DNA from: an uncultured Gemmatimonadales bacterium | Lineage (GTDB): Bacteria; Gemmatimonadota; Gemmatimonadetes; Gemmatimonadales; GWC2-71-9 | NCBI GenBank assembly: GCA_963730185.1 | Contig: CAVSQW010000006.1 | Coordinates: 32,001-96,000 of the forward strand | DNA length: 64,000 bases | Direction: 5' to 3' | Part shown: one piece after another, positions 30,306-38,748 of the stretch | Numbering within the stretch: position 1 is the first letter of the stretch | Layout: each line of letters starts with the position of its first letter | Made by a program: the position numbers and the translations under genes | Notes under the pieces: model-generated | Databases searched by the model: none | What the model was told of the DNA's origin: nothing | The model's input: only the letters and a program-made list of their open reading frames with translations

Positions 30306-30438
30306 TGCGCGCGCTCCCGGGTTTCGGCCACCCCGCCCACCGGCCCCTCGGCCGGACCGCTTGCGGAGCGGCGACGGCCAACGTATGGTCCGCCAGAGTC
30401 ATGCGTCAAATGCCTACTGATCATTGAGGATATGCCCA

Positions 30439-31392
30439 ATGGTTATACTAAGTCGGGCTCCGCGTTCGCCCGAGCCGGGGCCCGGCGCCCGGCTCGAGAT
30501 CCGCGATCTCCGGCTCCTGGTGGCGGTGTCGGCCGAGGGATCGCTCACCGGCGCGGGCCGGCGGCTGAACGTGACCCAGCCCGCCCTGAGCCGGCACCTC
30601 GCCACGTTGGAGTCCCGGGTCGGCGCGCCGCTCTTCCACCGGACCGGCGTCCGGATGGTGCCCACCGCGGCCGGGGAGCTCCTGCTCCGTCACGCCCGGG
30701 AGGTCCTGGACCGGCTGGCCGCGGCCGAGGCCGACCTCGCGGTGTTCCGGGAAGCGGTGCCGCAGGTGGTGCGGGTCGGGACCGAGTGCTACACCGGTTT
30801 CCACTGGCTCCCCGCCGTCTCCCGGCGCTTCTCGGCCCGGCGTCCAGGCTTCGAGGTAGAGATCGCCTTCGAGGCGAGCCGCCGCCCGCTCGAGCTCCTG
30901 AAGGACGGGCGGATCGACGTCGCCATCCTGACCGAGCACCGGACCGTGCCCGACGTCGCCGTGAGCCGGCTCTTCACCGACGAGCTGGTCGCCGTGGTGC
31001 CCCCGGGACACCCCTGGACCGGCCTCCCGTTCGTGCGGCCGGACGGGTTCGCGGACGTGCGCCTGCTCCTCCTGGCACCGGCCGAGGAGAGCACCGTGGT
31101 AACCCGGTTCCTGGAGCCGGCCGGGGTGACGCCGAGACAGATCGCCGACGTGCAGCTGGTGGGCGCGATGGCCGCGCTGGTCGAGGCCGAGTTCGGAGTG
31201 GGCGTCCTGCCCGCCTGGACCATCGGGCCGGAGGTCCGAAGCGGGCGGCTGGCGGCGGTCCGGCTGGGCCGGAAGGGGCTCCAGCGCACCTGGGCGGCCG
31301 CGGTTACCAAGGCCCGCGCCCGGGAGCGGTGGGTCCGGGAGTTCGTGACCGCGCTGGCCACCGAGGCCGGCCCGGGCGGGCTCGGACGTTAG
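30439..31392 (+). CDS. LysR family transcriptional regulator
   Basis: GSLTGAGRRLNVTQPALSRHLATLE HTH; VGTECYT; ATG-N9-CAT (T-N11-A) box at 30410-30424. Confidence 0.92.
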   Translation: MVILSRAPRSPEPGPGARLEIRDLRLLVAVSAEGSLTGAGRRLNVTQPALSRHLATLESRVGAPLFHRTGVRMVPTAAGELLLRHAREVLDRLAAAEADLAVFREAVPQVVRVGTECYTGFHWLPAVSRRFSARRPGFEVEIAFEASRRPLELLKDGRIDVAILTEHRTVPDVAVSRLFTDELVAVVPPGHPWTGLPFVRPDGFADVRLLLLAPAEESTVVTRFLEPAGVTPRQIADVQLVGAMAALVEAEFGVGVLPAWTIGPEVRSGRLAAVRLGRKGLQRTWAAAVTKARARERWVREFVTALATEAGPGGLGR

Positions 31393-31395
31393 GCG

Positions 31396-31749
31396 CTACC
31401 CAGCCGGGTCCGAGGCATCCTCGACGAACGCCTTGAGGCGGGCCAGCGCCCGATCCCAACTGGCCGACACCCGCTCCAGATGGGCTCGGGCCTCGTCCAG
31501 CGGCGCCGGGTCGAGCGCGTACACCCGCTCCCGGCCCTCGCGCTCGCTCCGCACCACGCCGGCCGACTCCAGGACGCGAAGGTGCTTGGTCACCGCCTGG
31601 CGGGTCACCGCCGTGCCCACGGTCAGCGTGGTGATCGAGTAGCTCCCGCCATCCGCCAGCCGGTCGACCAGACCGAGCCGGGTCTCGTCGCCCAGAGCGG
31701 CGAAAACCGGCACGGTCCGGACCGCGCGGCGAGGCCGCGCGACGGTCAC
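31396..31749 (-). CDS. ArsR/SmtB family regulator
   Basis: VFAALGDETR, TRQAVTKHLRVLE, GRERVY; GTGA overlap with the SRPBCC gene. Confidence 0.9.
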   Translation of the reverse strand: MTVARPRRAVRTVPVFAALGDETRLGLVDRLADGGSYSITTLTVGTAVTRQAVTKHLRVLESAGVVRSEREGRERVYALDPAPLDEARAHLERVSASWDRALARLKAFVEDASDPAG

Positions 31750-32210
31750 CGAGGCTCCTGGAGGTAGCGCTCGATGTTCGCCATCTGCCCCTTCCATCCG
31801 CCCTCGTTCATCCGGAAGGCCTCCGCGCGGCGGCCGGCCGGGAGGGCGTCGAAGCCCGACTCCACCACCCGGAGCCGGGTCCCCTCGGCCACCTCCTCCA
31901 GCGTGAACTCCACCAGCGTCATGGGCTCGTCGTCGTAGCTCGTGTTCGGATCGGGCGCGCCGGGGTGCCACCGGTACGAGAAGTAACGCTCCGGCTCGAT
32001 CCGCTCCACCCGCATGTCCAGCTTCAGGTGCTCGTACCCCTTGACCGTGATCCGGCCCAGGGTCCGCTGCCCCGCGACGAACGGCCCCTCCAGCTCCGCC
32101 TGGAACCAGGTGCTGAACTGCCGGTGGTCCGTGAGGGCGCCCCAGACCCGGGACTGGGGGGCGCGGAGGGTGACTTCCTTCTCGATGCGATCGGTGCTCG
32201 TCATGGTCAT
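31746..32210 (-). CDS. SRPBCC (Aha1-like) family protein
   Basis: DRIEKEV, RVWGALTD, FSYRWHP, TLVEFTL, VVESGF, NEGGW. Confidence 0.9.
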   Translation of the reverse strand: MTMTSTDRIEKEVTLRAPQSRVWGALTDHRQFSTWFQAELEGPFVAGQRTLGRITVKGYEHLKLDMRVERIEPERYFSYRWHPGAPDPNTSYDDEPMTLVEFTLEEVAEGTRLRVVESGFDALPAGRRAEAFRMNEGGWKGQMANIERYLQEPR

Positions 32211-32232
32211 GATCAACCTCGTCGGGGTAATG

Positions 32233-32250
32233 TGCAACCGTATGGTTGCA
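32233..32250. promoter_or_regulatory. Palindromic operator, probable ArsR site
   Basis: Perfect TGCAACC-N4-GGTTGCA just upstream of the SRPBCC-ArsR operon. Confidence 0.7.
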
Positions 32251-32335
32251 TGTTATCACTGACCGACCTCACCCGCAAAGCCCGGGAGCACCGGCGGTAG
32301 CGTCTGGCGCAGGCTGCGGCCAGGTTTCAAGTATC

Positions 32336-33070
32336 ATGATCGAGCGTCGCTACAGCGAGGACGAAGTCGCCGCCATCTTCGAGCGCGCCACCGAGGCCCA
32401 GCAATCCGGCCGCCGAGTGCTGCCCGCCGGGGAAGGCCACACCCTCACCGAGCTCCAGAGCATCGGTCGGGAGGTCGGAATCCCGGCGGAGCTGGTGGCG
32501 GAGGCCGCCCGGGCGCTCGATCGACCCGACTCCCAAGAGCCCAAGCGCTTCCTCGGCCTCCCGGTCGGCGTGGGTCGCACCGTCGAGCTGGGCCGCCGGC
32601 TGACCGATCAGGAATGGGAGCAGCTGGTGGTCGACCTGCGGGAGACCTTCGACGCCCGGGGCACGGTCCGCAGCGACGGGAGCTTCCGCGACTGGACCAA
32701 CGGCAACCTCCAGGCTCTGCTCGAGCCGACCCCGACGGGGGAGCATCGCCTGCGACTGCGGACCTACCGGGCGGCGAGCCGTCTCCGGATGACCGCGGGG
32801 GTCGGGATGGCCGGCCTCGCGGCGGCGGTGGTGGGTGGCGCGGCGATCAGCGGGCACACCGTGCCGGCGCTCGCGAGCGTCTGGCCGCTGGCGGTCATCG
32901 GCGCCGCGCTGTTCGGACTCGGCGCCGCCCGATTGCCCGGCTGGGCCCGGCTCCGGCGCCGGCAGATGGACCAGATCGCGGATCGACTGGCACAGCGGCT
33001 CGCCGCCGGCGGCGAGCCGGCCGGGTTACCGTCGGGGCCGGCGTCCGACCCGTCCGACTCAGCGCGGTAG
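32336..33070 (+). CDS. Hypothetical membrane protein (2 TM)
   Basis: RRYSEDEVAAIFERA, TLTELQSIGREVGI, WTNGNL; two hydrophobic helices. Confidence 0.75.
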   Translation: MIERRYSEDEVAAIFERATEAQQSGRRVLPAGEGHTLTELQSIGREVGIPAELVAEAARALDRPDSQEPKRFLGLPVGVGRTVELGRRLTDQEWEQLVVDLRETFDARGTVRSDGSFRDWTNGNLQALLEPTPTGEHRLRLRTYRAASRLRMTAGVGMAGLAAAVVGGAAISGHTVPALASVWPLAVIGAALFGLGAARLPGWARLRRRQMDQIADRLAQRLAAGGEPAGLPSGPASDPSDSAR

Positions 33071-33565
33071 GCGGTTCCACTCCGCTTCGGTGATCGGCTC
33101 CATCTGCCGCTCCATCAGAGTGCGCCACCGACCGCCCTCCTTGGTGAGCAGCGCCTCCATCCGGGTGTAGCGCGACTCGGTCTTCCCCGCCTGATCGGTG
33201 GTCGAGTACTTGAAGGCGCCGGCCTCGAAGGCGGTGGTGGAGTCGTCCTGCCGGCGGTCGAAGCGGAGCTCCACGCTGGCCTTCGTGCCGGCCTTCCGCA
33301 TGGTCACCATGTCCTTGCCCCAGCCGTCGAGGGCCGAGGCCACCGGGCGAGTCCCACCCGTCGTGACCAGGACCGCGGCCGGGTGGTAGGCCCGGGCCAT
33401 GGCGGCGATGTCGTGATTGGTGACGGACGCCGCGATCGGCTGCCAGACCTGAGCATCGATCTCGGCGGAGTAGCGGCTCGAGCCCGGACGGATGGCGGGC
33501 TGCGGCGCCGCCGGGGCGACGGGCAAGCCCAGGGTGAGCAAGGCGGCGATGGCAAGGCGACTCAT
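33059..33565 (-). CDS. Secreted NTF2/DUF4440-like protein
   Basis: Signal peptide; YHPAAVLV, TAFEAG, GRWRTLME. Confidence 0.75.
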   Translation of the reverse strand: MSRLAIAALLTLGLPVAPAAPQPAIRPGSSRYSAEIDAQVWQPIAASVTNHDIAAMARAYHPAAVLVTTGGTRPVASALDGWGKDMVTMRKAGTKASVELRFDRRQDDSTTAFEAGAFKYSTTDQAGKTESRYTRMEALLTKEGGRWRTLMERQMEPITEAEWNRLPR

Positions 33566-33610
33566 GATCTCTCCGGGAACGTGGGATGGCGGACAAAGCT
33601 ACCTCCAGAC

Positions 33611-33751
33611 GAGCGGCAACGCCCCCGGGGTGGGTTCTCAGGGTGATGAAGGTCCGGCGTTCGAACGCGGGCTTGCCCGGCTCACACCGGGAGTGGACCT
33701 TGGAGAAGGGTCATCGCCGGTTTACCTGAGACGAACCTCGACCGGCCGCTC
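33611..33751. ncRNA. Candidate structured RNA / long nested stem-loop
   Basis: Nested helices 33611-17/33745-51, 33636-42/33725-31, 33642-49/33711-18, 33649-55/33695-701 enclosing short hairpins; no family recognised. Confidence 0.4.
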
Positions 33752-33787
33752 CGCCCGACCCGGAACCTGCACCGGAGAGCCAGCACC

Positions 33788-34384
33788 ATGGCCGGTTACA
33801 ACTTCACCGATCAGGTCCGTCTGCTCCTGACCACGGCCCGGGAGGAGTCCAGACGGCTGGGCCACGAGTACGTCGGCACCGAGCACCTGTTGCTCGGCAT
33901 GCTCAGCTGCGATGACGCCGTGGCCGTCGCCGTGCTCCGGAAGCTCGACGTCGACCTCGACGGACTCCGGGCCGGCATCGTGGCCGCCCTGAAGCCCGGG
34001 ACCGCCGATGCGCCGGCCGCCGACCTGCCCTACACCTCCCGGGCGAAGAAGGTGCTCGAGCTGGCCACGGTCGAGGCTCGCGAGCTCGGGCACGGCTACG
34101 TCGGCACCGAGCACCTGCTCCTGGGGCTGGTACGCGAAGACCAGGCGATCGCCGCGCAGGTGCTGAAATCCCACGGCCTCACCCTTGAAGGCCTCCGGCC
34201 CCCCATCCTCGAGTTGCTCGCCACCGGCCGGCGCGATCCCGCGGACCCCCCGGCCGCCGTGGCCGTGCCGGTCACGTCGGTCATCGTCACCGTCGAGCTC
34301 GCCGACGGACGGCTCAGTGCCACGAAGTTCCGGCGCCCGATTGAGGCGGTAGACTACCTCGCGAGGCTGATGGGCCACCGCTGA
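33788..34384 (+). CDS. Stand-alone Clp protease N-terminal (Clp repeat) domain protein
   Basis: Two LGHxYVGTEHLLLG repeats and YTSRAKKVLEL as in the ClpC N-domain; no AAA+ module. Confidence 0.9.
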   Translation: MAGYNFTDQVRLLLTTAREESRRLGHEYVGTEHLLLGMLSCDDAVAVAVLRKLDVDLDGLRAGIVAALKPGTADAPAADLPYTSRAKKVLELATVEARELGHGYVGTEHLLLGLVREDQAIAAQVLKSHGLTLEGLRPPILELLATGRRDPADPPAAVAVPVTSVIVTVELADGRLSATKFRRPIEAVDYLARLMGHR

Positions 34385-34568
34385 GCCTCTCCTTCAGCAC
34401 CGGCGCCCCTCGGCCCCACGACCTCGTGCTCCTGGCCACCGGCCCCCTCGCGGTCTACCGGGTAGAGCTCCTCCGGGCCCAAACGCGCCTGGCTGAGTAG
34501 GCCTCGGAAAGCCCGCGGCCAGGGGGCCGACGCCACGTCCTGCCGTGCATCCATCCGCTCCGCCCGCC

Positions 34569-34596
34569 TTGACACATTCCCATATGGGTATACATT
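34569..34596 (+). promoter_or_regulatory. Probable leaderless sigma70 promoter with overlapping palindromic operator
   Basis: TTGACA-N16-TACATT ending 6 nt before ATG 34603; palindrome CCCATATGGG in the spacer. Confidence 0.65.
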
Positions 34597-34602
34597 GATC
34601 CC

Positions 34603-34956
34603 ATGGCCAGAGCGGCAACCACCACCGATGCGTTCAACGCCGTCGCCGAACCCCGGCGCCGGCAGATCCTCGACCTGCTCGCCGGCGGCGAGCGGCCGGT
34701 GAACGACCTGGTGGACGAACTGGGCCTGGCCCAGCCCCAGGTCTCCAAGCACCTCCGGGTGCTCCGCGAGGTCGGGCTGGTCCAGGTTCGCGAGGCGGGC
34801 CGGCAGCGGCTCTACCGCGTGAACGACAAGCCGCTCAAGCCGATCCACGACTGGCTGGCGCGGTACCAACGAACCTGGAACGAGCGGTTCGAGGCCCTGG
34901 ACGAGGTCCTGAAGGATCTCAAAACGGAGGAAGGCGACGATGACGATGGCGTCTAG
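34603..34956 (+). CDS. ArsR/SmtB family regulator
   Basis: DAFNAVAEPRRRQILDLL, QPQVSKHLRVLREVGLV. Confidence 0.92.
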   Translation: MARAATTTDAFNAVAEPRRRQILDLLAGGERPVNDLVDELGLAQPQVSKHLRVLREVGLVQVREAGRQRLYRVNDKPLKPIHDWLARYQRTWNERFEALDEVLKDLKTEEGDDDDGV

Positions 34957-35425
34957 CGGGACGGCCACGGTGACCCTGCCCAGCGACACCGAGCTTCTGA
35001 TCACTCGGGAGTTCGCGGCTCCCAGGCACCTGGTGTTCAAAGCGTGGACCACACCCGACCTGATCGAGCGCTGGTGGGCCGGCAAGCGAGGGAAGGTGAG
35101 CTCGATCGAGGTCGACCTCCGCCCGGGCGGCAAATGGCGATACGTGATGATCGCCAACCGGGGCTTCGAGGTCGCTTTCCACGGCGAGTACCAGGAGGTG
35201 GTGCCGAACGAGCGGCTCGTGTACACCGAGATCTTCGAGGGGATGCCCGACGGCTTGGCGCTCGACACGGTGACCTTCACCGAGCAGGACGGCCGGACCA
35301 CGGTGAGGGTGCTGGTCAGGCACAGCTGCAAAGAGCACCGGGACGCCCACATCAACTCCGGCATGGAGGGCGGGATGCAGGAGGCGATGGATCTGCTGGA
35401 GCAGGTGGCGATCGGCCTCGCCTAG
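34940..35425 (+). CDS. SRPBCC (CalC/Aha1-like) family protein
   Basis: ITREFAAPRHLVFKAWT, DLRPGGKWRY, FHGEY, SGMEGG. Confidence 0.92.
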   Translation: MTMASSGTATVTLPSDTELLITREFAAPRHLVFKAWTTPDLIERWWAGKRGKVSSIEVDLRPGGKWRYVMIANRGFEVAFHGEYQEVVPNERLVYTEIFEGMPDGLALDTVTFTEQDGRTTVRVLVRHSCKEHRDAHINSGMEGGMQEAMDLLEQVAIGLA

Positions 35426-36063
35426 CCGTCCGACCCCGGCCCCGCGGGGCACGCCCCCGCGGCCGCCGGATCGGGCAGGAACACCAGGTCGACGTGAACC
35501 ACGATGTGCTGGTTCATCTTGAAGACGCCGAGGAACCTCGAGAGCCCGCCGACCCGGTAGTCCTTGACGTCAACCGGGAAGTCCGCCCGGACCCGGAGCG
35601 AGTCGCCCCGCCAGGTGAGCACTCCGGGCAGGGTGTCGGCCCGGGTCACGCCGTGAAGCGTCAGGTCGCCGATCAGGTCGGCCGTCATCGAGTCCGCTCC
35701 GCCGCTGGGCGCGCCCACGGCCCGGAGCTCGAACCGCATCGTCGGGTGCTTCTCCGTCTCCATCGACTTCCGGAGGTCCCGGTCCCGGTGGTCGTTCCCC
35801 GATACCAGCGTGGCGACCGGGGCCTGCACGCATCCGCGAACCGCGCTCGGATCGGCGCCCCCCGTGATCGAGCCCTCGACCGTGCTGGTCACTCCGGTAA
35901 AGTCGCCCAGGGTGGCCTTGGCATCGAAGCTCAGCCGCCCCTCGGCCACTCGCGACGGCGGCACCGGGCGCATCTGTCCATCGAGCGGGCCGGGAGCCGC
36001 CAGCGCCGCCACGAGCAGGAGCGCGGCGCCCGCGCCGAATCCGAGGGCCGGCGAACGGCCCAC
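35422..36063 (-). CDS. YceI family (polyisoprenoid-binding) protein
   Basis: Signal peptide; SGNDHRDRDL, GDLTLHGVTR; GTG overlaps upstream TAG. Confidence 0.88.
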   Translation of the reverse strand: MGRSPALGFGAGAALLLVAALAAPGPLDGQMRPVPPSRVAEGRLSFDAKATLGDFTGVTSTVEGSITGGADPSAVRGCVQAPVATLVSGNDHRDRDLRKSMETEKHPTMRFELRAVGAPSGGADSMTADLIGDLTLHGVTRADTLPGVLTWRGDSLRVRADFPVDVKDYRVGGLSRFLGVFKMNQHIVVHVDLVFLPDPAAAGACPAGPGSDG

Positions 36064-37067
36064 TAGCGGACCACGATAGTGCCGGCCATCCCGCTCGTCG
36101 TCTGGCCGTTCACGAAGCCGTGGATGGTGCAGATGTACCGATAGGTCCCTGCCACGTTGAAGGTGATGGGTCCGAAGGTAAACCCGGTGTTCTCGGTCGC
36201 GCTGGCCGGCGAGAACGACGGCGCCAGCACCGAGGTGACGTTGTGGCCGGATCCGACCCAGTTCCAGGTGACCGTCCCCCCGACGGCGACCGTGTCCACG
36301 ACCGGGAAGAACGCGTTGTTCCGGACTTCGATCGCGATGTCGAACGGCGCCGGTGCCAGCAGCACGCCGCTGGCGTGGAAGGTCACCGGCGAGCCGGTGA
36401 GCCCGCCTACCGTGGCTTGGAGCGTGTTGGCGCCTTCCGCCGGGCCGAGCGACCAGGCGGTGGACGCCAGCCCCTGCTGATCGGTCTGACCGGCCGACGG
36501 ACTGGTCGAGCCGCCGCCACCGGTCACCAGCCACTCGACGGTCGAGCCGCTGACCCCGTTGCCGAACTGGTCGGTCACCTTCACCACGACCATCTCGGGC
36601 AGGCTCGACGACACGGCGCCGGTCTGGCCTTCACCCGACGCCGGGCCGAGCCGGGCGGCGCCGCCCGGATCGGCCACGGCCGAGAAAGTGACCGAGCCCC
36701 CGCCCGACAGCGCGGCCCGCGCGGTCTGACTCCCGGCTGTCTGGCCGAGGGTCCATTCGACGCTGGTGGTGCCGGCGGAGCCGGTGGTGGTCGTGGTCGC
36801 GCTCACCGACGCGCCGGTCCCGTCGGCGGTCCAGGTGACCACGGCGCCGGACTCGGGCGTGCCGCCTCGGGTCACGAGCACCGTGAGCGGCAACGGAAGC
36901 GGGAATCCGACCGGTCCCCGTTGGGCGTCGCCGCTCGAGCTCGCCTTGGCGATCGCCTGGCTCGACGGTCCTGGCCCCGGCATGCCCCCGATGCCTCCGC
37001 CGCCCCCGCAGGCACCGACCCCGAGGGCCAGCCCCGCGACGATCCACCCGACCTGGGTCCGGTCCAT
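36063..37067 (-). CDS. Lipoprotein with two Ig-like domains and C-terminal cupredoxin domain
   Basis: GAGGAGG RBS; lipobox VGAC; SGDAQ/VKVTDQFGNGV/WSLG Ig repeats; HNV..CTIH..M type-1 copper ligands. Confidence 0.85.
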   Translation of the reverse strand: MDRTQVGWIVAGLALGVGACGGGGGIGGMPGPGPSSQAIAKASSSGDAQRGPVGFPLPLPLTVLVTRGGTPESGAVVTWTADGTGASVSATTTTTGSAGTTSVEWTLGQTAGSQTARAALSGGGSVTFSAVADPGGAARLGPASGEGQTGAVSSSLPEMVVVKVTDQFGNGVSGSTVEWLVTGGGGSTSPSAGQTDQQGLASTAWSLGPAEGANTLQATVGGLTGSPVTFHASGVLLAPAPFDIAIEVRNNAFFPVVDTVAVGGTVTWNWVGSGHNVTSVLAPSFSPASATENTGFTFGPITFNVAGTYRYICTIHGFVNGQTTSGMAGTIVVR

Positions 37068-37114
37068 GGCCACCTCCTCGTGAGCCAAGATCGGGGCTGG
37101 GAGGTCCAGGGATC

Positions 37115-37150
37115 TAGAATGGAACGGACCGATTTGGACGTCCCGATCAG
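37115..37150 (-). promoter_or_regulatory. Conserved 36-bp upstream motif, copy 1
   Basis: Minus strand CTGATCGGGACGTCCAAATCGGTCCGTTCCATTCTA; 31/36 identical to 38093-38128. Confidence 0.7.
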
Positions 37151-37959
37151 GCGGACGAGCGGAGGGCCCGGCGGTAGCGCGACGGGGTGACCCCGGTCCG
37201 GCGGCGGAAGAGGTTGGCGAAGTGGCTTTGATCGGCGAAGCCGGCCTGGGCCGCGATCCGGGAGAGCGGCAGGTCGGTCCGGGCCAACATGGTGGCGGCC
37301 TGCTCGAGCCGGACCCGGCGGAGATACTCGCCCACCGAGCACCCGAAGGCCCGCCGGAAGGCGCGCGACAGGGTGACGGAGTGGACCTCGACCTCGCGGG
37401 CTAGGTCGCTCAGGGAGATGCCCTGGCCCAGCCGCTCGTGCAGGATCTCGCGGGCCCGCACCAGGAAGCGCGGCAGATCGCGCCCCTCGAGCGGCGCCTG
37501 CGCCCGGCTCGACTCGGCGATCAGCTCGAGCACCAGCCCCTCGACCGCCAGCGGCGCGGCGGAGTCGTGGTGTTGGAGCTCTTGATAGACCCGCATGGCG
37601 AGGACCGCCGCCCGGCCGCCCTGGAAATGGACCCGCTCGTCGAGGATCGGCGCCAGGGGACGGAGGTCCTGAGCCCGGCTCGGATCCACCTCGACCATCA
37701 GGCCGCGGGTACCGGTCCAGTCGAACCGGTTGTAGTGGGGCTCGCCGGCGGGCGTGAATTTGACCATGGCCGGCTCGCAGGTGAGGGTATGGCCCCGGAA
37801 GCCCTCCACGAACCCGCCCTGCATCACGAAGCAGATCGTGGGGCCTTGGTGGGCGTGCCAGGGCAGCTCGCTGCCCTGGGCGTGGACCCCTTCGGTGACC
37901 TGAAACCCACCCACGGCCCGGGTGGCCGGCGGACGCTGAACGAATTCGCGAGTCAACAT
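37147..37959 (-). CDS. AraC family regulator with cupin sensor domain
   Basis: WHAH..PAGEPH cupin; LSRAFRRAFG; AGFADQSHFANLFRRRTGVTPSRYR. Confidence 0.92.
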   Translation of the reverse strand: MLTREFVQRPPATRAVGGFQVTEGVHAQGSELPWHAHQGPTICFVMQGGFVEGFRGHTLTCEPAMVKFTPAGEPHYNRFDWTGTRGLMVEVDPSRAQDLRPLAPILDERVHFQGGRAAVLAMRVYQELQHHDSAAPLAVEGLVLELIAESSRAQAPLEGRDLPRFLVRAREILHERLGQGISLSDLAREVEVHSVTLSRAFRRAFGCSVGEYLRRVRLEQAATMLARTDLPLSRIAAQAGFADQSHFANLFRRRTGVTPSRYRRALRSSA

Positions 37960-38092
37960 GATCGCTCGAGGACGCGGTTCGAGGTCGAAGGCCCGACTCG
38001 GGGCCGGAAGCGTCGGGATGGCGCCGGTATTTAAGGACACGCGAGCGCCCGGGTACCCTGCTCCCGCCCCGTTCAATGGAGCGGCAACGCCC

Positions 38093-38128
38093 CTGATCGA
38101 AACGTGCAAATCGGTTCGTTCCGTTCTA
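38093..38128 (+). promoter_or_regulatory. Conserved 36-bp upstream motif, copy 2
   Basis: CTGATCGAAACGTGCAAATCGGTTCGTTCCGTTCTA upstream of the small cupredoxin gene. Confidence 0.7.
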
Positions 38129-38199
38129 TCCGCCTGGAACGGGCCCACCCAGCTTCGACGAGGAGATGCACCACGGACTCGTCACCGAGAAGGATTGCC

Positions 38200-38580
38200 A
38201 TGTCCTCCCAGACCCACCGCTCCCCTACCCGCCGCCGGGCCTTCGCGACCGCCTCCCTGGTCCTGGGCGGCACCTTGGTCGCGTCGTGCAGCGGCGCCAC
38301 CGACCCCACCCCCGCACCCGGCCAGCTGGCCGTGGTCGCCGGCGGGTCCCTCCAGTTCACTCCGGCCACCCTCGACGTCCACATGGGCGACGACGTGAGC
38401 TTCCTGTTCGGCCCGGTGGCCCACAACGTGTTCTTCGACGGGACGGCCGGCGCCCCCGCCGACATCCCGGGCAACAATGCCAACGTGAGCGTGGATCGGA
38501 CCTTCGACACGGCGGGGACCTATCACTACACCTGCCACATTCACGCCGGGATGGCTGGGACGATCGTCGTGGCGCCCTGA
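38200..38580 (+). CDS. Plastocyanin/azurin family copper-binding lipoprotein
   Basis: Lipobox VASC; FTPATL, HNV, YTCHIHAGMAGTI. Confidence 0.9.
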   Translation: MSSQTHRSPTRRRAFATASLVLGGTLVASCSGATDPTPAPGQLAVVAGGSLQFTPATLDVHMGDDVSFLFGPVAHNVFFDGTAGAPADIPGNNANVSVDRTFDTAGTYHYTCHIHAGMAGTIVVAP

Positions 38581-38590
38581 CGCCGAGACG

Positions 38591-38748
38591 AATAGGGGAT
38601 AGGGATAGTGAATGGTGAGTGGTGAGTAGGGACTAGGGAGTAAACAGGGAGTCGTGAGCAGGGGTGGCTCCCCCACTCACGACTCCCTACTCCCTACTCC
38701 CTACTCCCTCCCTACTCCCTATTCTCTATTCCCTACTCCCTACCACCC
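38591..38748. repeat. Inverted array of degenerate heptamer repeats (TAGGGAG / CTCCCTA)
   Basis: Purine-rich 7-mers on the left, tandem CTCCCTA on the right; core stem AGGGAGTCGTGAG(38646-58)/CTCACGACTCCCT(38676-88); between convergent genes. Confidence 0.8.

Noticed and set aside
33643..33729. Box C (GTGATGA) / box D (CTGA) sRNA
   Set aside because: Bacterial context, and both boxes are better explained as parts of ordinary helices in the structured element.
38591..38748. CRISPR array
   Set aside because: Tandem 7-mers without unique spacers, and no cas genes.
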